Source: a candidate division FCPU426 bacterium (lineage in GTDB: Bacteria > Oederibacteriota > Muellerivitia > Muellerivitales > Muellerivitaceae). From it: a DNA stretch of 64,000 bases. Positions 61,952-64,000 of this stretch are shown here, in pieces. Location: the NCBI GenBank assembly GCA_963847625.1, contig CAWKAR010000028.1, forward strand, positions 1 through 64,000. The letters are read 5' to 3'. Position 1 is the first letter of the stretch; every line of letters begins with the position of its first letter. Position numbers and translations under genes: made by a program. Under the pieces are notes generated by a model. The model was not told where the DNA came from and did not search any database. It saw only the letters and a list, made by a program, of their open reading frames with translations.

Positions 61952-63292
61952 TTAAAGACCGTATTTTTTCATTCTATTAAAAAGGGTTTTTCGGGTGATG
62001 CCGAGTTCCTCGGCGGTCCTGGTCTTGTTCCAGTGGAATTGTTGGAGGGCCTGTTCCAATCGTGCTTTTTCCTCGCTCGCCTTTATACCGGTGCCTGGAG
62101 CCTCATCGACCGTGGTTATCCCCCCTTCGATGATCTCGTCCGGTAAATCGTCCAATCCAACCCGAGTCCCCTTACAGCAAAGGGCCATTCGGTTCACCAC
62201 GTTCTTCAATTCACGGACGTTCCCGGGCCAAGGATAGGCTTCAAACTCCTTCAGCACCGTATCCGGGAGTGGTTCCAGTTTCCGGTCGTAGGCCCGGCAA
62301 GCCTCGCTCCAAAAAAACCGGGACAACTCCACGATGTCTTGAGGGCGGCCCCTCAGGGGAGGCAGGGTCAGCGGAATGACGTTCAAGCGGTAGTAAAGGT
62401 CCAATCGGAAACGGCCCTCCCGGCTTTCCTTCTCCAAATTTCGGTTGGTGGCGGCGATCACCCTGACGTCCAATTGGATCTCCTTGACGCTCCCTAAGCG
62501 GCGCAGTTTTTTTTCCTCCAACACCTTCAATAGTTTGGCTTGGGTGGAAAGCGGCATTTCACCGACCTCGTCCAGGAAAATGCTCCCGCCATGGGCCGCC
62601 TCGAACAGCCCCAGTTTCTGCTTACGGGCATCGGTGAAAGCCCCGGCCTCGTAACCGAAGAGCTCCGATTCCATGAGCGTCTCGGGAAGAGCCCCACAAT
62701 GCAGTTCTACAAAAGGCTTTGTCGACCTAGGGGAAAGGAAATGAATGAGTTTGGCCACATGCTCCTTGCCGGTTCCAGTCTCCCCCAGGATCAGGGCCGT
62801 CACCTGGTCCTGCCGCGCCAATTGTTCGATGCGGCCGTAAACCTCCCGCATGGCGGGGTCGGGCAGGTAAAGGTATTCGTTGGCGAACTGTTCCTGCAAG
62901 TAGCGCTTCAGGGCCGTCACTTCCTCCACCAATCCCCGTTTTTTCGCGAACCTTGCCAGGACGATTTGAAGGTCATCCAGATTCAGGGGTTTCTGAAGGT
63001 AATCCTCCGCCCCGGCCTTGATGGCCTCCACCGCGGTTTTAACGCCGGCGGCGGCGGTCATGATGATGACCGATGTGGAAGGGAATCGGGCTCGAAATTG
63101 CTCCAGGAGGTCCAGGCCGTTCCCATCGGGCAAGTAGAGGTCCAGCAGGATCAGGTCGGGCCGGAATTTCTCGGCCTTTTCGCTTCCCTCGGCTCCCGTA
63201 AAGGCGCTTTCCACCTCGTGGCCTCCATCCTTGAAAAAAGGGACCATGGATATGTGCATGGATTTCTCGTCGTCAATAACCAGTATTTTCAA
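61952..63292 (-). CDS. NtrC-family sigma-54-dependent response regulator
   Basis: REC domain, GETGTGKE, ESELFG..GAFTDA, FLDEVGE, WPGNVREL and Fis-type HTH. Confidence 0.96.
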   Translation of the reverse strand: MKILVIDDEKSMHISMVPFFKDGGHEVESAFTGAEGSEKAEKFRPDLILLDLYLPDGNGLDLLEQFRARFPSTSVIIMTAAAGVKTAVEAIKAGAEDYLQKPLNLDDLQIVLARFAKKRGLVEEVTALKRYLQEQFANEYLYLPDPAMREVYGRIEQLARQDQVTALILGETGTGKEHVAKLIHFLSPRSTKPFVELHCGALPETLMESELFGYEAGAFTDARKQKLGLFEAAHGGSIFLDEVGEMPLSTQAKLLKVLEEKKLRRLGSVKEIQLDVRVIAATNRNLEKESREGRFRLDLYYRLNVIPLTLPPLRGRPQDIVELSRFFWSEACRAYDRKLEPLPDTVLKEFEAYPWPGNVRELKNVVNRMALCCKGTRVGLDDLPDEIIEGGITTVDEAPGTGIKASEEKARLEQALQQFHWNKTRTAEELGITRKTLFNRMKKYGL

Positions 63293-64000
63293 ACTGGACC
63301 CTCCTTCGCGGAAGGCAGTCGGAGAATAAAAGACGTGCCCCTCGTGAGACGTTCCACCTTTAGTTCCCCGCCGTTCGCCTCGGCGATTTTACGGCTGACC
63401 GAGAGCCCCAGCCCAGACCCGTTGGATTTGGTGGTGAAAAAAGGCTCAAAAAGCCGCGATTGAACCTCGTCGGTGATGCCCGGCCCGTCGTCCTGGACGG
63501 CCAGGAACACATCCCGGCCCTCTTCCCAGCACTTCAGGGTCAGGACTCCCTCCTCCCCCATGGCCTGGAATGCGTTCAGGATCAGGTTGGCCAGGATCTG
63601 CTGGATGCGGTAGGGGTTGGCGAAAAGGAAATAACGACCGGGCTCAAAATCCCAACAGACTTTTATCTTGGCATTCTTGGGGCCGAATTGCGCCTGGGCC
63701 TGCCGCAGGGAAACCGCCAGGAGGTCCCGGGTGTCTTTGAGAGTCTTTTCCTCAGCGGAACGGTCCCTGGCGAAATCCAGGGTGTCGTCCACGAGTTTTT
63801 TCAACCGTTCGGACTGCTCTATTACGTTTTGAGTCTGTTCCACGATCTCCGGCTGGGTCCCGTATTTACGCTGGAGGTATTGGGCGGATAGGGAGATGCC
63901 CGAGAGGGGGTTTCGGATTTCGTGGGCCAGCCCGGCCGCCATTTCCCCGATGGCGCTCAATCGTTCGAATTTCATGATGGCTTGCTCCGCGTTCTTGCGC
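63289..64000 (-). CDS. Sensor histidine kinase (5' part beyond window)
   Basis: LAHEIRNPL, NLILNA, DDGPG, FEPFFTTK and GSGLGL motifs; frame open to the window edge. Confidence 0.95.
   Translation of the reverse strand, partial: RKNAEQAIMKFERLSAIGEMAAGLAHEIRNPLSGISLSAQYLQRKYGTQPEIVEQTQNVIEQSERLKKLVDDTLDFARDRSAEEKTLKDTRDLLAVSLRQAQAQFGPKNAKIKVCWDFEPGRYFLFANPYRIQQILANLILNAFQAMGEEGVLTLKCWEEGRDVFLAVQDDGPGITDEVQSRLFEPFFTTKSNGSGLGLSVSRKIAEANGGELKVERLTRGTSFILRLPSAKEGPV

Overview
A 64-kb bacterial chromosome window. It is probably from a diderm lineage, given the GT9 heptosyltransferase-like gene, Spy/CpxP and sigma-54 system, but the taxon cannot be fixed from sequence alone. A mostly minus-strand housekeeping backbone (rnj, rluD, lgt, lspA x2, ileS, glgA, ftsY, smc, typA, ilvD, hisG, rlmN, cls, NtrC-type two-component pair) is interrupted by two accessory zones. 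Zone 1 (1-7.8 kb) holds a 3-kb element with two intact DDE transposases under one pair of TGTAG...CTACA ends. It also holds a composite ~21-bp-phased repeat locus, two decayed tRNA-Asp 3' fragments, and a passenger-carrying IS1595 element nested in a small MITE-like repeat. Zone 2 (35-52 kb) holds a HigBA-like TA pair and three tandem secreted beta-propeller (SBBP) paralogs: one intact, one frameshifted at a G7 tract, one split by IS30. It also holds a second copy of the composite repeat locus, a nucleotidyltransferase/small-protein pair and a GH74-like secreted protein. The best candidates for something undescribed are the dual-transposase element, the twice-occurring modular repeat locus, a GGDEF-CBM48 cyclase beside glycogen synthase, and the module-swapping surface-protein array with T9SS-like C-terminal domains. 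All family assignments come from motif recognition by eye; no database searches were run.
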